From NCBI GenBank assembly GCA_964016885.1, contig OZ024746.1, positions 100,812,001 through 100,876,000 of the forward strand: 64,000 nucleotides of DNA, in the 5' to 3' direction. Each line of letters opens with the position of its first letter. Within the stretch, counting starts at the first letter, position 1. Under the pieces are notes generated by a model. That model did no database searches. It had not been told where the DNA came from and was given only the letters and a program-made list of their open reading frames with translations. The stretch comes from Eledone cirrhosa (taxonomy: Eukaryota). Below are positions 47,008-57,590 of the stretch, piece after piece. Both the position numbers and the translations under genes were made by a program.

Positions 47008-47633
47008 TCTATATATATAAAACTGAGGATGTCTGTCTGTGTGTGTGTGAGTTTGAATCCCTAAAGCTCGAGAACCACCCAACCGACTGTTTTCAAACTT
47101 TACATATATAATACTTATGTTTCAGGGAGTGTTCTGAGCAAAAAAAATTCAACTTTTTGATCCCCTAGGCCCGCATTAGTTGAAAAACTGCGTTTTTTCA
47201 GGTTTGCAGGGGTCTTTTGAGTCGTTACGTCAGACTGATTTCCTTGAAATTGTAACTATGTATTAGTCAGTCTCTTCTTTATACCGTGAGCAAAGAAAAT
47301 CCAACTTTTTTATGGTCTAGATGAAAAACTTCATTTTTTCAGCTTTTTAGGGCTTTTTTGAGGCGTTACGTCTAGCCGATTTTCCCGAAATTTCAAGACA
47401 TATTATGCACATAAAAAAATTAATTTTCTTGATCCCCTAGGACCCGCATTAGGTGAAAACCTTTTTTTTTTCCTGCTTCGTCGAGGAAAATCTTAAAGAT
47501 TAGCCAACCATCAGAGTATTCGGTTTATTTTCTTTACATATTGTCCAGGTATGCAGTTTTTCCACGATTAGGTCTGTTGGCAGCCCGCGTTCCAAAATAC
47601 CTTATACCGTGCAACGCCGGGTACCACTGCTAG
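47008..47633 (+). mobile_element. Non-autonomous Helitron-like element 2 (copy 1)
   Basis: TCTATATATATAAAA...GTCTGTCTGT start; subterminal GC hairpin CCGTGCAACGCCGG ~10 nt before CTAG|T; no TSD. Confidence 0.8.
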
Positions 47634-48228
47634 TATTATTATATTTTTATTCATGGTTTACACATTATATTTGTAATGTTCTCCTGAACAAATTGCGAGC
47701 AATTTATAATGTTATTTACGCATTTGTAATATATTTAAAACATATTTGTAATGTTATTCAACTGTAAATTTATCAGCCTCACCATCATCCGAGCCAACAC
47801 TGCCAGTGTGCTGGCTTGCCTCAAAACTCATTAGAGAGGTTACCCAGTACTCCTCGTTGCTGTCTTTTGCTCTGGTGTTGGCTCCGTTGTTCCCCCCTTC
47901 CTGAAAATGTTGTAACATTAAAAGAATATATTTTTCTGATGAATCGCGAGCTATTTATAATGTTATCTAAGTATTTGTAATGTTATTTATGTATATATTT
48001 AAAACATATTTGTTGTTATTCTACTGTAAATGTATTTATATGCTCTGTTTATATTTTCATTCTGAAAGAATTGCAAACGATTTGTAATGTATTTATGAAA
48101 TAAATCTTGTATCTACTACTTTCTATATTAAATTTATATACATAGTAAAATAAAAAATATATATTTATTTATACATAGTATATAGTATATTATTTATTAT
48201 ATATAAATTAACGATTTTATTTATTATA

Positions 48229-48453
48229 TATTGGTTTCTTATATAGGCACAAGGCCATCAATTTTGTGGGAGAGGAAAGTCGATTAAATCGACCCCAGTG
48301 CATTACTTATATTTTATTTTATCGACCCCTTAAGGATGAAAGGCAAAGTTAACCTCGGCGGGATTTGAACTCAGATCATAAAGGGCCTAAACTCTATACT
48401 GCAAAGCATGGAGTCCGACCCTCCCTCTACCGTTACTGCCAATCCACCGCCCT
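48229..48453 (-). mobile_element. Full-length Deu/Nin-like SINE
   Basis: Reverse-complement match to 46381-46605. Confidence 0.9.
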
Positions 48454-48470
48454 AATGCCTATATATTATT

Positions 48471-48643
48471 AGCATAGTTACGTCCCTTTACGGTCTGAGT
48501 TCAAATTCCGCCAAGGTTAACTTTGCCTTTCATCCTTACAGGGTTGATAAAATAAAGTACCAGTCACGCACTGGGGTCGTTTAATCGACTTTCCCCTTCC
48601 CCAAAATTGCTGGCCTTGTGCCTATATAAGAAACCATTATTAT
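48471..48643 (+). mobile_element. Chimeric Deu/Nin-like SINE at the duplication junction
   Basis: 5' part identical to the 50508 copy; 3' part identical to the 46381 copy. Confidence 0.88.
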
Positions 48644-48654
48644 TCAATTAATTA

Positions 48655-49670
48655 TCTCCTTATAATATATAACCAGCAATTTCTCTGTCTGTCTGTCCAA
48701 CAGTGGAAACACGTGCGCGCGTGCGAATGTTTTTTGCGCACGCGTAGAGAGAGAGTGAGAGTGAAAGAAAGAGACAGACTAAAAGAGGGGGATAGCGGGA
48801 GGGAGAGAGGGGGGAATTGAGGAGTGCTACAGAAACATATATACATTTCTGTGTGTGTGTAATATATATATATATATACACACACAGAAATATATATATA
48901 TATATACACACAGAAATATATATATACATTTCTGTGTGTGTAATATATATATATATACACAGAAATATATATACATTTCTGTGTGTAATATATATATATA
49001 CTAGATTTGCTAGCAGAAAACCGCCCACCGGGTGGTTTTCTGCTAGTCTATATATATAAAACTGAGGATGTCTGTCTGTGTGTGTGTGAGTTTGAATCCC
49101 TAAAGCTCGAGAACCACCCAACCGACTGTTTTCAAACTTTACATATATAATACTTATGTTTCAGGGAGTGTTCTGAGCAAAAAAAATTCAACTTTTTGAT
49201 CCCCTAGGCCCGCATTAGTTGAAAAACTGCGTTTTTTCAGGTTTGCAGGGGTCTTTTGAGTCGTTACGTCAGACTGATTTCCTTGAAATTGTAACTATGT
49301 ATTAGTCAGTCTCTTCTTTATACCGTGAGCAAAGAAAATCCAACTTTTTTATGGTCTAGATGAAAAACTTCATTTTTTCAGCTTTTTAGGGCTTTTTTGA
49401 GGCGTTACGTCTAGCCGATTTTCCCGAAATTTCAAGACATATTATGCACAAAAAAATTAATTTTCTTGATCCCCTAGGACCCGCATTAGGTGAAAACCTT
49501 TTTTTTTTCCTGCTTCGTCGAGGAAAATCTTAAAGATTAGCCAACCATCAGAGTATTCGGTTTATTTTCTTTACATATTGTCCAGGTATGCAGTTTTTCC
49601 ACGATTAGGTCTGTTGGCAGCCCGCGTTCCAAAATACCTTATACCGTGCAACGCCGGGTACCACTGCTAG
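48655..49670 (+). mobile_element. Helitron-like elements 1+2 (duplicated copy; junction 49046/49047)
   Basis: Same termini and hairpins as 46616-47633. Confidence 0.75.
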
Positions 49671-50265
49671 TATTATTATATTTTTATTCATGGTTTACAC
49701 ATTATATTTGTAATGTTCTCCTGAACAAATTGCGAGCAATTTATAATGTTATTTACGCATTTGTAATATATTTAAAACATATTTGTAATGTTATTCAACT
49801 GTAAATTTATCAGCCTCACCATCATCCGAGCCAACACTGCCAGTGTGCTGGCTTGCCTCAAAACTCATTAGAGAGGTTACCCAGTACTCCTCGTTGCTGT
49901 CTTTTGCTCTGGTGTTGGCTCCGTTGTTCCCCCCTTCCTGAAAATGTTGTAACATTAAAAGAATATATTTTTCTGATGAATCGCGAGCTATTTATAATGT
50001 TATCTAAGTATTTGTAATGTTATTTATGTATATATTTAAAACATATTTGTTGTTATTCTACTGTAAATGTATTTATATGCTCTGTTTATATTTTCATTCT
50101 GAAAGAATTGCAAACGATTTGTAATGTATTTATGAAATAAATCTTGTATCTACTACTTTCTATATTAAATTTATATACATAGTAAAATAAAAAATATATA
50201 TTTATTTATACATAGTATATAGTATATTATTTATTATATATAAATTAACGATTTTATTTATTATA

Positions 50266-50490
50266 TATTGGTTTCTTATATAGGCACAAGGCCATCAATT
50301 TTGTGGGAGAGGAAAGTCGATTAAATCGACCCCAGTGCATTACTTATATTTTATTTTATCGACCCCTTAAGGATGAAAGGCAAAGTTAACCTCGGCGGGA
50401 TTTGAACTCAGATCATAAAGGGCCTAAACTCTATACTGCAAAGCATGGAGTCCGACCCTCCCTCTACCGTTACTGCCAATCCACCGCCCT
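50266..50490 (-). mobile_element. Deu/Nin-like SINE (duplicate of 48229-48453)
   Basis: Identical sequence at offset 2037. Confidence 0.9.
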
Positions 50491-50507
50491 AATGCCTATA
50501 TATTATT

Positions 50508-50650
50508 AGCATAGTTACGTCCCTTTACGGTCTGAGTTCAAATTCCGCCAAGGTTAACTTTGCCTTTCATCCTTACGGGGTCGATAAAATAAAGTACCAG
50601 TAATGTACTGGTAATTGCTGGCCTTGTGCCTAAAGTAGAAACAATTATTT
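50508..50650 (+). mobile_element. Deu/Nin-like SINE, 5'-truncated
   Basis: GAGTTCAAATTCCGCC...GCCTTTCATCCTTACGGGGTCGATAAAATAAAGTACCAG. Confidence 0.88.
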
Positions 50651-50745
50651 ACAATTTGCGTGTAGATAGGTCTCTTTGGAAATAAGGTTGGAGGCACTGG
50701 GGGTATTACCGGTTGTGAGGAGGGCGGACAAAAAGCCTCTTTTCT

Positions 50746-50898
50746 ATAATAATTGTTTCTACTTTTGGCACAGGGCCAGCAATTACTCCAGTGAATTACT
50801 GGTACTTTATTTTATCGACCCCGTAAGGATGAAAGGCAAAATTAACCTCGGCGGGATTTGAACTCAGAACACAAAGGGCCATAACTCTATGCTGCAAA
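50746..50898 (-). mobile_element. Deu/Nin-like SINE, 5'-truncated
   Basis: Same core on the minus strand. Confidence 0.88.
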
Positions 50899-51280
50899 CC
50901 AAGGTTCTATAATAACGTTTTTTTAAAAATTCCAACACCATGTATGTTGCATTTAATTTCATTTATTTAGTATTTTTATTTATTTTACATTTACTTCTTT
51001 CCTACTATCGTAACATCACATTGTTTGGCTAATGAAACAAAGATTTTGGCCTTAACATCGGTACGGAGAAAATTGTCAAATTTTGGGGAGTTAATTACTG
51101 GTTATTAAAAACAATTTCTAAAATAAATTCAATGTTAATGTGTTTTAATTTTTACGAGAGTTTATTCAAAATATTTACCACAAATTATTTATACAGTTAG
51201 TTCTGCTGAATGTAAATATATTAATTACGCAGTAAAGTATATCCGTTACTAACATGTAACTAAGCAAGCAGCACACAACA

Positions 51281-51347
51281 ATGTCTATGGCGCCTTCTTT
51301 AATATTTCTCATTTTAGCCTCGTTAATTAATTATATTTCCTCTGAAG
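51281..51347 (+). CDS. Gene B first coding exon: signal peptide (MSMAPSLIFLILASLINYISSE-G)
   Basis: acaATG context, hydrophobic core, donor AG|GTtcgt. 67 bp ending in phase 1, typical of signal-peptide exons. Confidence 0.78.
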
Positions 51348-51490
51348 GTTCGTATTTTCAGAAAACATTATTTGTTGTAACGTTCTTTTCAAATATTCTT
51401 AGACCTGTAATCTTGTCAATGTGCTTTTGATGATTCAACAATCTACGGAACTCATTATTGTAACTTATTTTGTTATTTAATATATTTCAG

Positions 51491-51648
51491 GAACAGGTAA
51501 AGTTTACATTGGCGAATGTAGAAATTGTTCCACAAGCAACACCAAATTATATATTTGGCCTTTTTACCAGATGACAGGCTTCCTTCCAATATCAGTATAT
51601 GTGCGAAATGATAGCACTGGTTCTAACTTTTTAGACCTAACTGAAAAT
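51491..51648 (+). CDS. Gene B exon 2 (TGKVYIGECRNCSTSNTKLYIWPFYQMTGFLPISVYVRNDSTGSNFLDLTEN)
   Basis: Acceptor tatatttcAG and donor AAT|GTaaga; 158 bp, phase 1 to phase 0. Open frame with two N-glycosylation sequons. Confidence 0.8.
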
Positions 51649-52829
51649 GTAAGATAATTATTTCTGTTGTATATTATAATTTTCAGTTATATTCTGTACA
51701 ATTTTCCATTTAACACAGCAATAAAAAAAAGTTAAGTTTGTAATCAACAGTTTGTCGGTTAGCTCTATGGTTCGTCACTCTAAAAAAAATGGTGAGATTT
51801 TAGAAAAAATAATCTTAAAAGATCGTTAAAGTTTTGTATGATTGACCACTTTAGAAATAACAAAGTTAATTCACCAGCTTTTCAGCAAATTGAATTCCGC
51901 ATTAAGTTTAAATAGCCTCCTAATAATAAAAAAAGGTGTCCCACCCCTATTAAACACCAGTCAACGAGTGAGTGTCTGGACTTACTGGAAATAACAAACT
52001 TCCTACTGTCTTTTTAAACAAAAGTGGGGAGATAGAATCCTTCGGCTACTGCAGTGTAGTAATTTGGGCAAATCCTTCGTTTGACGACCACAAATATGAA
52101 ACCAAAAACGATTAAAGTAATGTGAATTAATGAAAGAAAATGAAATTGTCATAACCACCGTTTTCTGTCTATTTTCCATAGTTGACTCGTTATGAGGCCG
52201 GGCAGGTGTCGTCCCCATACATTTCATTCTAGCTTTATAAAGGACATTTTATCGTGACACACATTACAGAGTAGGACGGTGTATTTTATCTGTTCACCAG
52301 CACTACTACTTTACACGGTGTACTGGATGTATTTTATCATGGCACCAGCACTACCTGAGTGCATTTTATTGAAACCCATATCTTCCTAGGTCTATCCTTT
52401 CTATGAGTCCCGTCCACTGAGATTCACCTGCTTTTCTTTATACAGCTATCATCTAAGGTTCTCAACGGGGACGTTTCAGAGCTCCAGAGGGGGCGCTGGA
52501 AGCCCCTTTAGTTTGGTAAGTTTTATAAGTCATATTTGTACGTCTCTTAGACAGCCAGTGTGAATGCATTTGAATGAAGAAAACGAAGAAAAAAGAAGCG
52601 TGTCAATGAATTCCCTAGGGAGATAAAAGAAATCAAAGAAAATGAACATAAGGACGTCAACTTTTACAACAGTTACAAGAACAACTTCAACAGAAATGAC
52701 AACAAAAAGAAGCAATGGTGGTGACAGGTGTGGGTGTATACATAGACATACATATGAACATACACACACATGCATACATACACACATATACACACACAGG
52801 CCTGCATTAGTGTTTGATGAGGTTGAGAA

Positions 52830-54360
52830 CATTTTACGTCCGCTCTTCCCTGCTTGCAAGGGTGGGACGGGTCTTATTCAGCACAGCATCTCTCCACTCA
52901 TCACGGTCCTTCGTCATCTCCACCGTGAGCTTCAATGATCTGAGGTCTGTTCTCACCACCTCCGCCCATGTTTTTCCTGGTCTACCTCTACCACGTCTTC
53001 CTTCAACTGGCATTTCCTGGTACTTCTTCACCCATCGGTCATCCTCCATGCGCATCACATGTCCATACCACTTCAGTTTCCTCTCTCGCACACTACATTC
53101 TATCCCTCTCAGACACAGTTTCTCTCTCAACTTGTCTATGCTTGGTCGTTCATGCACATTGACATTGCACATCCAACGGAGCATGCTTGCCTCATTTCTC
53201 TCCAGCCATCGCATATCCTCTGCAGTTGCTGCCCATGTCTCACTACCATGCAGCATCGCGCTCCTCACACAGGCATCATATAACTGGCCTTTCATACGCA
53301 GGGAGAAACCCTTCTTCGTCAGCAGAGGAAGCAGCTCCCTAAACTTCTTCCAAACCGCCTTATTCTAGATACTATGGCCTCGGAACACCCCCCTCCCATG
53401 CTAATCTGATCTCCCAGGTACCGGAAGCTATCCACGACTTCTATAGCACCCGCCTGCTTTTAAAAAATGTGTCTATCAATGCGACTTCTACTCTCTAATT
53501 TCCCTGTGCATCTACTGCATATGTATTTCTCCCTACCTGTTAGTTTGCCTGCTATCCCACTACATCTCTTGTGTACCCAGGATCTGCATTGTGTGCATTT
53601 TATAGAATTTATGCCAGTTCCTTTTCTGCATATCGAACATGGCCATTTCCCTGACGGAATCAGAGTTTTGTCCTCTCTTCTACTCATCAACACTTTTGTC
53701 TTAGCTAGGTTTACTCTCAGTCCTCTTGCTTCCAACTGCTGTTTCCATAGCCAGAATTTATTCTCTAGCTCCACTACTGATTCTGCTATAAGAACCTGAT
53801 CATCAGCATAGAGAAGTTCCCATGGACAGCCAGTCTTAAACTCCCCTGTTATGGCTTGGAGGACTATAATGAACAAGAGCGGGTTGAGGAGCGAACCTTG
53901 ATGTACTCCTACTTGTACCTGGAATTCCTCACTAAACTCCATTCCTACTCTGACTTTACTGACAGCACCTCTGTACAAAGTTTGCACTGTCCTCACAAGC
54001 CATTCCTCAACGCCTAGTTTCCTTAGGGACCACTAGATAACAGATCAGGGTACCCTATCAAAGGCTAAGTATAGTGGCGTATTTTTCTCTAAGAACCTCT
54101 CTTGTAATTGTCTCACCAAGAAGAGGGCATCTGTTGCAAAAATTTGTAGCACCGACTTTTTCCTACCAGGACTCTGGCAGACTCTCCTCTCCATCTAGTC
54201 TCTTGCACACAACATACATCAATTTCCTTTCGTTCTAGTATTTCTACGATTTCTCCTGCTCTTCCTTTCATTGAGCCTACATTGATGGTACCAACTCGGA
54301 GTTTTGGGCATTTGTCGACACTCGTAGGGAAGGGTCTCCGGGTTGGCGCTTCACATGATG
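52830..54360 (-). mobile_element. RTE-clade LINE, internally deleted: APE endonuclease N-terminus fused to RT, PHD-like finger and C-terminus
   Basis: LRVGTINVGSMKG...CCVQETRW (EN); AFDRVP, GVHQGSLLNPLLF, LYADD, GLRVNLAKTK and DSFRYLG (RT); LHGSETWA and GRGRPGKTW (C-terminus). Confidence 0.93.
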
Positions 54361-54361
54361 C

Positions 54362-54486
54362 CCTAAGGACAGACACTGATCTGTTGGAGATGCAGGACAT
54401 GGCAGCGATAATGAGGGACAGAGACCGCTGGAGAGAACTTGTCCATGGATCTCAGGAATTTTACCCACCCTAGATAGATAGATTAC
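54362..54486 (+). mobile_element. Short RTE-like 3' end with (TAGA)n tail
   Basis: Peptide ...MAAIMRDRDRWRELV followed by tagatagatagat. Confidence 0.55.
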
Positions 54487-54714
54487 CTATGCTATGTTGT
54501 TCATCCACACTAACAATATACATTCACTAAAGCATATTTTTTTTTCTAGTCTTCTGCAGTCAAGGCCCACATCTCACTGTAGCGCATGGTGGAATATAAG
54601 AATAAAAGCATCCACTAAATTAAAACACATCCAAACATATATTGCTGATGGGGACATCCATCCATCTATCCATATCCAGTTTTGGTCTTTAGGGTGCTTC
54701 GGTTGTCCTGAACT

Positions 54715-55085
54715 CTGAGGTAGGCAACACCAGGCAATGTCTCACAGCCGTTCACCATAAATTTCTGTCCATAGTATCGACATCAACCAAGTTCCATTTA
54801 TACAAATCACTCTTCACACACCCCAACCACATCTTCCTTGGTCTGCTGCAATCTCTAGAGCCAGGGATTGCCAAGTGAGTGATGGAGTTGATGTATGATG
54901 TGGTTAGCTGAACATGTCCATACCAATGGAGATGTAATGTGCGAAGGGCAGCAGTGATCTCATCCACACCCAGCTTCTGGTGGAGCACGGTTGAAGGGGT
55001 CTCATCTTTCAATTTGGCACCACAAATCCACCTAATCATGGCATGATCATTTTAGCTGAGCTGTTGCAGATCTGGCTCTATCATG
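54715..55085 (-). mobile_element. RTE-clade LINE 3' fragment
   Basis: MIRWICG...LHWYGHV...GSRDCSRPRKMW...DRNLW. Confidence 0.85.
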
Positions 55086-55433
55086 GAAGTCAGCCGCCCA
55101 CATGGCATCAAAGTGGTGAGAAAGATACAAGGGAAAGAAGAAATCTATAGAACAATGATGATGACTTTGCAAATCCAGTACCCAAGATACTCTTTCTGTT
55201 TCCTACTTACTATTGGAGTGATAAAATATATACCCACTGACATGTTGGAAAAGTGTGGCTAAACTTGGACTCTTGGGGAGGGAATGAAGCAACAGATGAT
55301 CATACCTGAAGCAAAATATACAAGATCTTTAAATTTAAAGGCTGCATGGTTATACAATGAATGACAGATAAATCAAGAATGGTTTTTTTACAACCTTGCC
55401 ACTGAACAAAATAAATCATTTACTGCTTGTACC

Positions 55434-55740
55434 ACAAGGAGAACCTATTACTGCAGGAGTACAGGATCAATGGTCAGCTTCTTGTACTGCAACTGCAAGA
55501 AGGAGAACCTATTACTGCAGGAGTGCAGGATCAATGGTCAGCTTCTTGTACTGCAACTGCAAGAAGGAGAACCTATTACTGCAGGAGTATGGGATCAATG
55601 GTCAGCTTCTTGTACTGCAACTGCAAGAAGGAGAACCTATTACTGCAGGAGTGCAGGATCAATGGTCAGCTTCTTGTACTGCAACTGCAAGAAGGAGAAC
55701 TTATTACTGCAGGAGTATGGGATCAATGGTCAGCTCCTTG
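55434..55740. repeat. 64-bp tandem repeat, ~5 copies, derived from LINE RT sequence
   Basis: GAAC[C/T]TATTAC at 55441, 55505, 55569, 55633 and 55697. Confidence 0.96.
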
Positions 55741-55879
55741 TTGCCCGAGTGTTTGTGTTTGGATAAATGGTGATAAATCAGAACCATTCAATGTGGGTGT
55801 CAGGCTCTGCCAATGGTGTGTACTGTCACCTCTCCTCTTCGTTATTTACATGAACAGGATTGACATGCGCAGCTGTGTT

Positions 55880-56040
55880 CATCATCATTTCATTTTACGT
55901 CCACTTTTCCCTGCTTGCAAGGGTGGGACGGGAACTGATTCTGGCTTGATTTCTACAGCTGGATGCCCTTCCTAACACCAACCTCATTTACAGTGAGTGC
56001 TGGGTGCTTTTTTGTCGTGGCACCTCCACGACCACTTTGC
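55880..56040 (-). mobile_element. Short RTE-tail-related retroposon
   Basis: CATCATCAT...TTTTACGTCC...TTCTACAGCTGGATGCCCTTCC. Confidence 0.75.
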
Positions 56041-56057
56041 AATGCAATGATAGGGAC

Positions 56058-56215
56058 CCCAGTCCCTATCATCTCATTTCTACAGCTGAGTAAACTGGAG
56101 CAATGTGAAATAAAGTGTCTTGCTCAAGGAAACAACACATCGCCCGGTCTGAGAATTGAACTCACAACCTTTCGATTGCAAGGCCAATGCTCTAACCACT
56201 AAGCCATGTGCCTCC
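56058..56215 (-). mobile_element. tRNA-derived SINE with CORE-like domain
   Basis: Minus strand starts GGAGGCACATGGCTTAGTGGTTAGAGC (A box) and has GAGTTCAATTC (B box), then CCTTGAGCAAGACACTTTATTTCAC. Confidence 0.88.
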
Positions 56216-57142
56216 AATAAGTGTTGGAAGTGGTATCATGACTTGTGGGTGAAAAAATAGTCTGCTGGAATTTGCAGACGACATGGTGTTATTTAACTCA
56301 ACAGAAGGTGATCTCTGACTTGCACTTGATAGGTTTGATGCCGAATGCTGCATGGCTGGAATGAAAATCTGCTGCGAAAATTGAGACACGTTCTCTCAAG
56401 GAAGCCTGTGCAGTGCACTCTACATATGAATGAAGTTCCACTGAAGCAGGTGGAGAAGTTCAAGTATCTCAGGGTTGTGTTCACTAGTGATGGAAGGCAG
56501 GAGGCTGAAGTAAATGCAAGAATTGCAGGAGCTGGTGTTGGTATGCACCAGCTTCAGCATTCGGTAATCAGAAGGGAGGTAGATGTTAAAGCCAAACTCG
56601 CTATCTTCAATTTGGTATTCATACGTACTCCAATACAATCAGCTGAAATGGGGTTCCTCTGAAGGGTCTTTGAAGTAACGTTACTCGATAGAGTGTGTAA
56701 CTCAGAGATGAGAGAGTCACTCCAGGTAGAGCCGCTATTTCTCTGAATTGAGAGATCACAGCTCCAATACTACAGACATGTGGTTAGAATGTCTCAGGAA
56801 AGAATCACTGGACAGATTTTACGGACAAAGCCAACCGGCAGGAGATCCAAGGGTAGACCCTGAGCAAGAAGGCTAGATAACATCTGGTCACGTTTAGGGA
56901 TCTACCCAGATCAGTTGGAGATGGTTGCTTCAGACAGGACCCGCTGGAAGGAGAGTTTCAAGACTGACCCCACGACCCTCTCAGGAAGAAAAAGAAGAGG
57001 ATTTCCTTGATTTAATGAAACAAGTAAATGTTTCAAAATACATCAAACCTCCCCACTTAAACTTTTTATTTCACATTTATATTCCTAAATAGTCTCTGGA
57101 AATATATTTAAAAAATTCAAGTTATAAATATTACTGCTTTAT

Positions 57143-57590
57143 TATCATCATCATCATCATCATCGATTAACGTCCATCTTCCATGCTAGCATGGGTTAGA
57201 CGAGTCCTATTTTGAGGTAAGTTGTGTCGGGTGACCGTGTCTCGCTCAAATAGAGGTGTTTATGGCTGGATGCCCTTCCTAACGCTAATCATATTTACAG
57301 TGTGGGCTGGATGCTTTTTGACATGTCTTTTACACATCCACTTTACAGTGGATGGGTGCTTTTTGCTGTGTCTTTTACACGTCCACTTTACAGTGTGGGT
57401 GGGTGCTTTTTGCCGTGTCTTTTACACATCCACTTTACAGTGTGGGTGGGTGCTTTTTGACATGTCTTTTACACATCCACTTTACAGTGTGGGTGGGTGC
57501 TTTTTGCCGTGTCTTTTACACGTCCACTTTACAGTGTGGGTGGGTGCTTTTTGCCGTGTCTTTTACACGTCCACTTTACAGTGTGGCTTT
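57143..57590 (-). mobile_element. RTE-tail-related retroposon with internal 47-bp tandem expansion (~6 copies)
   Basis: (CAT)n tail; TTTACAGTG repeats at about 57294, 57342, 57387, 57434, 57481, 57528 and 57575. Confidence 0.85.

Larger units (their letters stand above)
46475..50576. repeat. Two-copy tandem duplication, unit ~2039 bp
   Basis: Identical ORF triplets offset by 2039 (46613/48652, 46621/48660, 46778/48817). The offset becomes 2037 after a 2-bp indel near 47411/49450. Confidence 0.97.
55434..56990 (+). mobile_element. RTE/RTE-X LINE RT fragment interrupted by two short retroposons (55880-56215)
   Basis: LQEYGINGQLL...SEPFNVGVRLCQWCVLSPLLFVIYM, resuming with LEFADDMVL, KQVEKFKYL, EVNARI and IQSAEMGFL. 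Confidence 0.88.

Noticed and set aside
46613-49121. Duplicated 80-153-aa ORFs
   Set aside because: Translations of (TA)n/(CA)n-rich Helitron sequence; they are identical only because of the tandem duplication.
51491-51648. Resemblance of IWPFY...VYVR to the NIDO-domain IAPFW...YYR pattern
   Set aside because: The match is weak, the conserved Asp is missing, and downstream exons show no NIDO motifs I can recognise.
46381-56215. tRNA genes suggested by A/B-box motifs
   Set aside because: The boxes belong to multi-copy SINE heads; no complete cloverleaf is evident.
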